Part shown: positions 29,089-39,406 of the stretch, piece after piece
Layout: the number at the start of each line of letters is the position of its first letter
Position numbering within the stretch: position 1 is the first letter of the stretch
Source of the DNA: Hormiphora californensis
Taxonomy: Eukaryota > Animalia > Ctenophora
Assembly: GCA_020137815.1 (NCBI GenBank)
Contig: CM035360.1
Span: forward strand, 6,634,001-6,698,000
Reading direction: 5' to 3'
DNA length: 64,000 nucleotides
Notes under the pieces: model-generated
Database searches by the model: none
What the model was told of the DNA's origin: nothing
Seen by the model: only the letters and a program-made list of their open reading frames with translations
Program-made: the position numbers and the translations under genes

Positions 29089-32000
29089 ATGAAGTGCTAC
29101 TATGAAGTATTGGGGATTGAAAGGAGTGCAACACCAGATGAGATAAAGAAGGCTCATAGAAAGTTAGCCCTAAAATGGCATCCCGATAAGAATATGGACA
29201 ATAAGGAGGAGGCACACAAAGTTTACCAGGTATTATTATACTGGGATACACTTCCTTTTTACATTTCTTTTTTTCTCTAGCATTCTGTTGAAAATCATGG
29301 TGTTAATTAAACTCAACAACTGCACTGATCAGTAATCAATGCTAACCTCAGGTGATTCAAGAAGCATACGATTGTCTTAGTGATCCACAGGAGAAAGCTT
29401 TTTATGATAAACACAGAGAAACCATTCTTAGAGGAGGTAAAAATAATTTCCATTGCAAACTTCATGTTACGACATGAAGTATGTAGTTCACTTATTAATC
29501 GTTCCTTTCTCTCAACTCATTTTATCTCTCCAGGTTCGGATCATAAGAGTGATGATGTTGATGTAATGTCCTACTACTCCTCCTCCTGCTACTCTGGTTT
29601 CACTGATGATCCTGGCTCCTTCTACCCTGTCTACTCAGAACTCTTTACACGGCTAGCACAAGAAGATGAGAGGTAAATAAATGTGTTTTGAGAATCGACA
29701 CTTTTCAAGCAGCCTGTCAAATTGTGATTCCAGTTAATGAGAACCAGTTAGTTTTGCGAAATCCAAGATCCCCCCTTACAGGTATGTGGACAGTTCAGAT
29801 TGGGAGGTTCCCCCAGTGTTTGGGGACAGTACCACGCCCTACCCAGATGTTAGAGAGTTCTATGGTTGGTGGCAGAGTTACTGCACTAAGAAGAACTATC
29901 TCTGGCTGGATGATCTATACGATATCAGACAGGTACCGGAGCAGGGATCCAGGATCCCTTGGGGGCAATGATTTATAGACCATTTGTGTTCAAATGTTTT
30001 CAAAACCACCCTTTCTCTCAGGCAGAGAATAGACGAGTTCAGAGAGCGATAGAGAAGGAAAACAAGAAAGTAACAGAAGATGCCAGACGAGAATTTAATG
30101 AACAGGTAACCAACAGGAACCGACTGACACAAGTAAACAACCAATCAGAACTCGTTATTTAGGTCACGTGACTGGTTATCAGCCAATCAGGGACCAGTAT
30201 TTCCTGATTCGGTCGGTACCTGGTAACCAACATTTTCTAGTCAGCTAGGACAGTGAGAGCAGGCCCCTGCTCAGCAGGGGTCAAGGTGTATTTGAAATGG
30301 CCTGTCTAATCTTAATCTGTTTTCAGGTTCGCTCATTAGTTAGCCATATCAGAAAGAAAGACCCCAGGGTTCTAGCCCAGAGAGAAAAACAGAGGGAGAT
30401 AGATGAAGAGAAAGCAGCTGCAGGAAAAAAGAGGATAGCTGAACAACGCCGGAAACGTGCCGAGTAAGTTAGAAATTGTATCCCGTATCAATCCAACCAG
30501 TCCTGATTTCACCAAAGAGAATTGAAACAACGGTCTAACTTTTAACAGGTTTTAATGTTTTTTTAACGTTTTTAACAGTTTTCAATTTTTAACAGTTTTC
30601 AGTGTATAAAATCTCAATTTAAAAAAGTCAATTCTCAACCTTCGATTAAACAAAGTCAAAATCAGGAATCCGCATGGCGTGGGCCAGGGCCTCTTGCCAC
30701 TCTTTTTTGTGCTCATAGTCCGTTAGGACAGGCTTCTTTTCCTCTGGTGGATATAGAGAGTCCATCATCTTTTTTCTCTCTCAATGTCCTCAAAGTCCTC
30801 AGCAGAGGTCATGGCATCCCTATCCGCTCACTCAAGTCTCAACCTTCAAATAAAGTCGAAATCTGGTATCCGCATGGCATGGGCGAGGGCCTCCTGCCAT
30901 TCCCTTTTGTGCTCGTAATCGGTAAGCACCGGCTTCTTGTCCTCTGGGGGATAGAGGGAGTCCATCATTTTTTTCCTTATCTTCTCCCTTTCCCTGTCCT
31001 CGAAATCCTCCACCGTTGTCATACCCATCCGTTCATTATTCGAGATGGTAGTTTCCTTGCTGCTGGACGGCTGCACCATTTCAACAGCATCTTCATTTCT
31101 CTCTCAATGTCCTCAAAGTCCTCAACAGTTTGTATTGGAGGCCTCGTTCATGTTATTTGCAGTAATCGGTATACTCCTGGCTGCAGCAGGACTGCACGAC
31201 TTGATTGTCATCTTCTTCGTCCTCTTCAGACGTCCGGTTTTCTAAGTCAATTGTGTCATTGTTCTTTGACACCAGTTTCTCCTCGGCCTCTGTCACAAAT
31301 TCCTCAATTTCTTCCATGAGGACCTTTATACTGAGTTCCTCAGCCTCAGTTAACTCACTCCCTTGAAGTACCTCATCCGCCTTCCTGGACCATCTCCAGG
31401 CCCATCTTACAGCCAGTACTGCAGCAGCCGAGCAGCCAAGGATGGCGATGGAAGCCTTGAACGAAATCATTGTTTGTGGTGAGCCATGTTATCAGACGTT
31501 GAAAACGTTTCTCTCTCAATGTCCTCAAAGTCCTCAACAGATGTCATCTCTATTATCTGCCGAGCAACCGATAATCGCAAGCGAGGTTTTGAAAGATATC
31601 ATGTTTGGTCTTTTATCTTGACTGACGGCGAAAAACGAAAGAACTTTGTAAATTGTCGCTTTCTTCCACCAAGAGCTTCATACTCCGCTCTTCTGCTTAG
31701 GTTACCTCGCTCTGCTCTTCGAGCAATTCCTCTCCTTTCCTTGACTAGCGCCAGGTCCACCGAACAGCAAGGATGACTGCTGCCGAACAGCCAATGATTG
31801 CGATTGACGTCTTTAGAGAAATCAAACTTTCATCAAATACAACGTAAAACTATTTATTGGGGTATATGGGCGACAAGTACCATATTCACGAAACAATTCT
31901 TTATTATGAATTGACGGTTCTGATTGGCAAACTCAAACATTCCAAAACTTCGGTCGCAAAGTTATTTTCCCTCTGTGAGATTCTGAGACAAAAACATTAT

Positions 32001-35000
32001 AAAGGAGCAATGCTCTTCATCCAGTTTGTTCTATCTTTTCTTCCTCATCCAGTTGCAGAAAGTCCGTACTCTCCCACTAATATTGGCCCAAAATGCCGCA
32101 ATAAACTTGTGATGTGACAAACCCATGATACTGGTTGCTGGTAACTGGGAGGTCATGAGGAATTTGAGGCAGAACTAAGATTTGGAGATGGTGGAGGCTG
32201 GTGGGGTAGTATTTCTTGGTTTCATTGTTCACACCAATGGTGTTGGCGGGTGTGACATGACATCGAAGACGCTCATTTAGACGTTTCGGCTGTACGGCCA
32301 TTATCAATAATGCTCAATAAATAGTTTTACGTTGTAGTTAATGAAAGTTTCAAACTTTCATCAACTACAACGTAAAACTATTTATTGAGCATTATTGATA
32401 ATGGCCGTACAGCCGAAACGTCTAAATGAGCGTCTTCGATGTCATGTCACACCCGCCAACACCATTGGTGTGAACAATGAAACCAAGAAAGAACTAAGAT
32501 TAATTTTAGTAAGGAGAAGAGATGTCTGAGACAAGAAATAGGGAAACGAATTGCAATGTATCTAGCGAGTAGTGTATCCCGTATCAATCCAACCATTCCT
32601 GATCTGTTTTCTTGGTATAGAGAATTGAAACAACGATATATAACTTTTAACGGGGTTTTAATATTTTTTTTAAACATTTTCAAGTTTTCAATTTTTATAC
32701 CATTTTAACAGTTTTTAATAAATAAAATCTCAATCTAAAAAGTAAAGCCTCAAGCTTTAATTAAACAAAATCGAAGTCAGGAATCCGCATGGCATGTGCC
32801 AGGGCCTCTTGCCATTCCTTCTTATACTTATAGTCCGTTAGGACCGGTTTCAAATGTTCCGGTGGGTAGAGAGATGCCACCATCCTCATTCGGATCTTCT
32901 CCCTCTCTTCAAATTCCTCGACGGTTGTCGATCCTATCGGCTCTCTATGAGAGCTAGGGGCCTCATTCATGTTGTTGACGGCTCCTCGCTCCTGGCTGCT
33001 GCTGCAGGGCTCTATAATGTCATCATCTGCTTCGCTATCAGACACCCTGTTATCCAGGTCAATAGTGTCATTATTTTTCATCATGGGGGTTTCCTGGGTG
33101 ACAGAATCCTCGCTCTCCTCCATAAGGAGCTTGATGCTGAGCTCTTCAGCTTCAGTCATTTCACTTTGCTCTTCGAGCAATTCCACTTCTTTTCTGGACC
33201 AGCGGTAAGCCCATCGAACTGCAAGGATGGCTGCTGCCGAACAGCCAATAATCGTGATTGATGTTTTCAGAGAAATCATAGTTAGTGTCTTTATTCACGA
33301 GAGTAGAGTACAGACGAAAGAACTTAATAAATTGATGGTTCTGATTGGCACGTGCAAACTCAAACATTCCAAAACTTCGGTCGCAAAGTTATTTTCCCTC
33401 TACTCAAACTGAGACCAAAACATTATAAAGGAGCAGTTGTTTCATTCAGTTGCCGTTATTCCTTGTTCTAACCCTTCCTAACATTTGTAAAGGGGTCGAG
33501 CTAGGCAAGTTGGTCCGTACATAACTCTCCTACTGTACTATTTTCAGGGAAGTTGCTATGTTAGCGGAACAAGAAAAAGAGATGATTGCTGCACATAACG
33601 AGGTATAGTGATTTCTTATCATGTTTCATCAATTCATGTTACATACTGTTGCAGTGATGTACCACTGAAGTTGAGTTTGTTCCACTTAACTTTCCATTTC
33701 TCACTGTGGAACATTCCAGATGCGAGTGTATGGCGCACTTTTTAACTGACATGTCTGGAAGGCGCACACCGCACAACACAATTAAAGGACCTGAGTTGCG
33801 CGCGCGCTAAATTCACCTCCCCCGTTACTGCTGCTCCCGTGTCATTGCAGTGTTCCTTTCCCGGCCCACACAAATTGTTCCTTTCTGTCTCTTAATCCCA
33901 ATGTCCCTTCCAGGCAGTAGCTGGGCTAATGGAGGAATATTCAGACAGTGAAGACGAAGGAGACGCATTCCATTGTCCTCTCTGTAGGAAAACCTTCAAA
34001 TCAGACAAAATGATGAAACAACACGAGAAATCCAAGAAACACAAGGAGAAACTGGCCCAGTTAAGGGAAGAGTTTGCCGATGAACTGGGAGACGACATAA
34101 CGTAGGTAAACTGCTGCTAGACGATAGGGGAATGACTTTAATTAACTTTTCTAATTCCCTGTGTCATTGCAGACAAGAAGAGGAAGATGTGATATCTCCA
34201 ACTCCAGCTAATACATCTGGTAGTGGGAAGAGTAAAAAGAAAAAGAAGAAGAATCGGAGACAAATGAGAGAGGAAGAAGAAGAAGAAGATCCGTATGACA
34301 TGTAGGTGAAAACTGAAATTCCCCTTTTTATGACACGATTTGGAATCCCACTGTATTTTACACTCCTTTTGATCTTAGGACTGAGTTGAAGGATAATCTG
34401 AACGAAGCAGCATCAGAATTAGAACCTGTAGATAACAATTTACAACCTGCTGAGGAGGAAACAACACCCCTCTCTCAAGAAGAAACACCCCTCTCTCCAG
34501 AAGAAGAAACACTCCCAGAAGATCATAGTGATTATATACCAGGGGGTCCTCCCCTTCCTGCTGATGATGCAGAAGAGGAGGAGTGGAGGGTGTACATGAG
34601 TTATTATTACCGGTGAGGAGACAACATATTGTGGAACTCCTGTTATGATCCGGCCTCCCCCTGGAGATTGGTAAGTGAATAAATCGTTTATACTCGTTGG
34701 GGAGAATTGATTTCAAAAACTCTGATTATAACATGGCTCCAGTTTCCTCACACTATCTCTTTCAGTCGTCACCTACCGCCCAGTGAACGCCCTGCCATCC
34801 CTCCTCCCACTGTTGATGGAGAGGAAGAAGAGTATACTATTGTCAACACAGCACCAACTAAAAGGGACCTAGATACAACTGGGCCTAAGGGGGCAGCATG
34901 TAATATGTGTAAAGAAACATTCCCCAGCAAAACCAAACTATTCGCTCATTTGAAAGAGACTGGACATGCAATTAAACCAGAATTTGTACCAAAAGTAACT

Positions 35001-35036
35001 GCACAGAAAAAAGGAAAACGAGGGAAAAAGAGATAA
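29089..35036 (+). CDS. DNAJC21: DnaJ homolog subfamily C member 21 (J domain + C2H2 zinc fingers; 60S maturation), ~537 aa
   Basis: 11 exons: 29089-29229, 29352-29436, 29534-29672, 29782-29932, 30022-30105, 30327-30463, 33548-33602, 33914-34101, 34173-34301, 34379-34612, 34766-35036. Motifs MKCYYEVLG...[53 protein letters not shown]. Confidence 0.93.
30114..30222. mobile_element. 109-bp MITE with 8-bp TSD (hAT-like)
   Basis: TIRs CAGGAACCGAC / GTCGGTACCTG; TSD GTAACCAA at 30106-30113 and 30223-30230. Confidence 0.85.
30646..30830 (-). pseudogene. Orphan family copy C: C-terminal module only
   Basis: Encodes ...[40 protein letters not shown]; no N-terminus. Confidence 0.75.
30846..31470 (-). 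pseudogene. Orphan family copy B: frameshifted or split (31153-31470 and 30846-31079)
   Basis: N-terminal [33 protein letters not shown]... stops at 31153. The downstream ORF ends [17 protein letters not shown]. Both are clearly paralogous to 32761-33279. Confidence 0.7.
31650..32000 (-). pseudogene. Orphan family copy D: degenerate 5' fragment with start codon replaced by an SL-like insertion
   Basis: Similar to the 5' coding part and upstream region of copy A; contains in-frame stops and an insertion starting at 31822. Confidence 0.65.
31822..31861 (+). other. Putative spliced-leader sequence copy, followed by GT (SL RNA-like relic)
   Basis: TCAAACTTTCATCAAATACAACGTAAAACTATTTATTGGG is 38/40 identical to 32350-32389. 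It is followed by GTATATGG-N10-CCATAT (hairpin). Confidence 0.5.
32212..32490. repeat. 279-bp near-perfect palindrome centred on a putative spliced leader (centre 32351)
   Basis: Arms 32212-32350 and 32352-32490 are reverse complements with one mismatch seen. Confidence 0.92.
32761..33279 (-). CDS. Orphan family copy A: intact intronless 172-aa protein (N-terminal TM anchor, acidic linker, conserved C-terminal motif), nested antisense in DNAJC21 intron 6
   Basis: Complete ORF; hydrophobic [14 protein letters not shown] followed by RWAYRWSRK; differences to paralogs in the C-terminal motif are synonymous. Confidence 0.75.
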   Translation of the reverse strand: MISLKTSITIIGCSAAAILAVRWAYRWSRKEVELLEEQSEMTEAEELSIKLLMEESEDSVTQETPMMKNNDTIDLDNRVSDSEADDDIIEPCSSSQERGAVNNMNEAPSSHREPIGSTTVEEFEEREKIRMRMVASLYPPEHLKPVLTDYKYKKEWQEALAHAMRIPDFDFV

Positions 35037-35161
35037 CGATTGTGTATTTTTTTAGTTTGCTGTTTTTCGTTTAGGGATTTACCATTTTTCACCGTCAAAA
35101 TGATGGAACTTTTCAAACACAGTGTAACAGGTACCCCTAAAGCCCTACCTAATTCTATAGG

Positions 35162-35815
35162 ATGCGTAAGAAAGGACTACAGATAACACTACAAGGGATC
35201 AAAAGGATCAACATGTCCTTCTGTCCATTTGATCGATATGCAGGAACTGGAGAGGTGAGGTAAGTGCTGAATCTCCGTTAAATCACTTCTCCCTTGATGT
35301 GCTCCTGCTCGAATCGTACACCCACTTATCCATGATCTTCCACCTCTTACCCACTACCACTCCCCTCATCGATCCCCTATCTGATCTCTTTCTGAGTCTT
35401 CTCCCCTAGCTATAACCACTACTATACCCTCCCCTCAGGGAGTACTACAACGCGGTTACCCACCCAATGGTTAAGAAGAGTAACCCTGAGTGCGAGATCA
35501 ATATCGCAGTGAAGAACGATAATAGCGAACCTAAAATACACCTCGAATACAGTACGTTGAAACTTGAAAATATACTCCGCCCATTACCGGGCTGTTCCGG
35601 ATTGTTCCTTTTTGCTTGAAAATATATCTGTAACCCCACTTTGCTTGGTAACCATAGTAACCCGGCCCCACCCCTCAGGTGACGGTGATGAGAGAAGTTA
35701 CAACCCTCGGAGGATGAGCCTACAACAGATTAGAGAAGAAATACACAGTGAAACAAGACGGAAACTGATTGAACAGAATATACCATTAGACTATGGAGTA
35801 CAATGGCGATATTGA
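35162..35815 (+). CDS. MRPL53: Mitochondrial ribosomal protein mL53, 115 aa
   Basis: Exons 35162-35259, 35439-35551, 35679-35815. Protein IKRINMSFCPFD...VKKSNPECEINIAVKNDNSEPKIHLEYSDGD, compare human VKQVRVQFCPFE...TNLNCSVIADVRHDGSEP. Confidence 0.85.
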
Positions 35816-35973
35816 GCTACTGAAAGAGAGACACTATTGTATCGGATTGCTGTTTTGTACTGTTTTTATTCTGTGAATTACAGCTGTGATTGAGGGATGG
35901 AGGGAGAGACCAGAGATCTAACCCCTCCCCATTTCCCTTCTAGCAAGTCTCTAACTCCCTCGACCTAATCAAC

Positions 35974-36453
<480 letters not shown>

Positions 36454-36673
36454 ATTAGTTGTTAGAGAGATGATGAGAGAAAAACACTAATTTATTAGTA
36501 GTCACGCTTTTGATTTAAGTGTTGTATCCCAAGTTATGTAAGAGACAACTTGTTTACTGTGTTCCCACTTTCCGAACCCTTGTTCCTTATCCCTATCCCA
36601 AGATATTGTCTCCTCCCAACACCCAACAATTCCCCATTTGCCACCTCTAACCCTCCTCCCTATCTCTAGCATC

Positions 36674-39091
36674 ATGGCTAGTACAGAAGGGTTTGTAGAC
36701 ACTTCAGGGTCCACTTCCCAGGAGGCAGATGCCAAGTTTGCCAAGGTCCAGAGGGATTACTATGTAGCCATGCTGGATGAGATGAGAGAGGATTGTGAAA
36801 CTTATAGGAAGGCTACCGAGTAAGTAACATATTGAGTAGTCTCACTATCAAGTATCAACTAAGGAGATGCATCCTGTCCTAAGAATTTCCTTTCTTTTTT
36901 AGCTTGTTCTTTATTTTGTCGTTCCAAATTTTCCATATTTCCACAGCGTATACCCCTTAATAACCCACCCCCTCTCTTCTCCAGATGTCACGAGTACGCT
37001 AAGCTGCTGATAGAACAGATGCGTCAGATCAAGGAGGGGTTTGCTCAGTACGTTAAGAACTGTAACGAGTTTAATGCCGGGGCCAGCTGCCACAATGCAG
37101 GGAACTTGTTGCTTAGAGGAGCCAAACTACCGGACGGTACCATTCCTGTAGGTTGGTCTTCTGTTCTGTTTCTATCAAATCGATTTTATGTCTACTTTTA
37201 GAGAAAGCCATTATTCCAATCCTATCGTTTTTTTAGTTACCACTACTTTTAGGTTGAGAGAGATGTGCCGAGAGCAGCAGAGTTCTATGCCCGTGCGTGT
37301 ACCACTACCTACCCTAGGAGCTGTGTGCCCATTGCTAGGTTGTTACAGCTGGGGAAACACCTCGACAAGGACTATCCAAAGGTAGGTACGAGTTTGGAAA
37401 TGTGAGAGGTGTACATGAATAATAGCTGGTTTGGTACATGTTGTGATAATTGGAAATGTGAGAACGGGTACTGGGAGATGTGAGAATGTTCTAGAAGAAA
37501 AGCTGATTTTCGGGAGTTATAAATCGTGAATTGAGAGGTGGTGTTTGAGAAGTCAGATGGAAATGGGGGAGGAAGAATGTGGTTTTGACAAAATACAAAA
37601 CTCTCAGTTTGTTTTTCAAAACATCAATAACACAGCAAATACCACTAAACACATCCAACTAACAACACAACACACAGTACCACTAGACCCACTGCCAAGA
37701 TACACACACTCAGGTAGTTCCTCGTTCCAAACACTATTAGCATTACACGTCACTGTCTCCCATCCCACCAGCTGGAACCCATCTTCGCACTCAAACTTCA
37801 CCTCTGCCCCAACTGTGAAGGATGCCATGTCACCAGAATTAGGAGAGCTGACTGCTGTAGCAAACTTAACACTCTCCCTAATGTCCTTGCAGCCTTTGTA
37901 ACAATTCAGTAGAGTGGTAGAGTCAGGTACCCACTTGCTGACCCCGTCCAATGTTCCACAACTCAGTTGTGTGTTCCCAGTTGGAGTCTCTGCTGTTGTG
38001 TAGCCGCTACGGCAGGAGAGTGTACTGATAAACTTGAAATTAGGCAGGATGGGTGGAGAGTAATCTTCACTGCTTAGACTAGCCTCGTTGTAGACGATAT
38101 CAATAGATTCGCTAGTTACTGGGGTGCACCCAGGCACGCAGTAGACTTGTCTATAGGAAGTATCACTAGCACTAGGACCCTCGGTTTGGACCCAGATGTT
38201 AGGTTTGAAATACTGGTTATCACACGTTATCTTGATCTCTCCCTGCCTGTTTAACCGGGTCACATCAACTCCAATAATCTCTCTGATCCCGTTAGTAAAG
38301 GTATACCCCTCTCTGCTGCAGTTGACTGTAAACACTGTTCCAGAAGGGAAGGTTGACAGAGCGGTGAAATTCAAACCCCCGGATACAGAAACCATGATTT
38401 GTTCTGGTTTTGTTCCATCTGCATTGTTCCCCGGTATTGGTACCTTGGAAGTGGCTAGATTACAGGATGTGCTCGATGATGTTGAATCGTCATCGTCTGC
38501 TAGAACCAGCGGATTGAGGAGGAGGAGTAGGGACAAGAGAAACATGGTGCAAAACAAAGTGGGATGGATAGGGGTGTAAAAGTCTCTCATAGTTACATCC
38601 GCTTACCAAATACACCAGTGTAGAATAGGGGAGAATTGAGGAAGGGGTAGAGCTGACTATATATCATCCTCTTTTTTTTCAGGCGTTTGAGTATTTGAAG
38701 ATTGGATGTCAAAAGAACAATAATGATAGCTGTTTCTTCCTTGCTAATGCCCACATGCAAGGTAAATGTTTGTAAAATCTGAGTTTCCGTGTTCCGTCCT
38801 TTCGTTATTTCCCAGTCTCTGTTTTGTGTCCAAATTCCAACACCCAATTTATCCCAGGTATGGGAACTGAGAAGAGTTACTCGGCTGCCTGTACCCCTGT
38901 TAGAACAGGGCTGTTCGCGGGGGCATGCCCGATCTTGCCACAACCTGGGAGTCCTGTATTACCATGGCTACGGAGTGGAGAAGAATCTGGACAAGTTCAA
39001 GGAGTTCAGTGAACGAGCCAAGATATTCAGGTTCCAAAAGAAACCAACAGATGGAGGTGGCAGTTCTAGTGGCGGTCCAACTGCCCATTGA
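36674..39091 (+). CDS. COA7: Cytochrome c oxidase assembly factor 7-like Sel1-repeat protein
   Basis: Exons 36674-36819, 36985-37147, 37253-37381, 38683-38761, 38858-39091. Repeated C-x7-C Sel1 motifs (NCNEFNAGASCHNAG, GCQKNNNDSCFFLA, GCSRGHARSCHNLGVLY). One extra C in the run at 38894-38897. Confidence 0.75.
37616..38545 (-). CDS. Intronless sushi/CCP-domain surface protein (signal peptide, ~3 CCP-like modules, GPI-type C-terminal hydrophobic tail), nested antisense in COA7 intron 3
   Basis: Likely start MFLLSLLLLLNPLVLA; last module VGAEVKFECEDGFQLVGWETVTCNANSVWNEELPEC is a canonical CCP; ends GSGSSGTVCCVVSWMCLVVFAVLLMF*. Confidence 0.85.
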   Translation of the reverse strand: MFLLSLLLLLNPLVLADDDDSTSSSTSCNLATSKVPIPGNNADGTKPEQIMVSVSGGLNFTALSTFPSGTVFTVNCSREGYTFTNGIREIIGVDVTRLNRQGEIKITCDNQYFKPNIWVQTEGPSASDTSYRQVYCVPGCTPVTSESIDIVYNEASLSSEDYSPPILPNFKFISTLSCRSGYTTAETPTGNTQLSCGTLDGVSKWVPDSTTLLNCYKGCKDIRESVKFATAVSSPNSGDMASFTVGAEVKFECEDGFQLVGWETVTCNANSVWNEELPECVYLGSGSSGTVCCVVSWMCLVVFAVLLMF

Positions 39092-39406
39092 ATAGAGAGA
39101 CTTTGTAATTTATTGCGTTTTATTTAGAGTTTTTTATACTTTTCCTGGCCCTCCCACTTGAATATATTTTGTTTTGATTACTTTCAACTCCTTTATTTTA
39201 GTTTATAACCCCACACTAACCTCCTTCCTAACCCTCTCTCCTGAATCCCCTTACCCAACCCTCCCATCTACCCCTCCTAACCCTCTCTGTGTTCTATAGC
39301 TGAGCTACACCATGTCTTTAGCCCTCTCTCCTGAACCCCTGACCTAACTCTCATCTCTCCTAAATCCCCTCCTAACCCTCTCTGTGTTCTATAGCTGAGC
39401 TACACC

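Noticed and set aside
38890-38900. Programmed frameshift or pseudogenisation of COA7
   Set aside because: A single extra C in a homopolymer, consistent with the error pattern elsewhere in the window.
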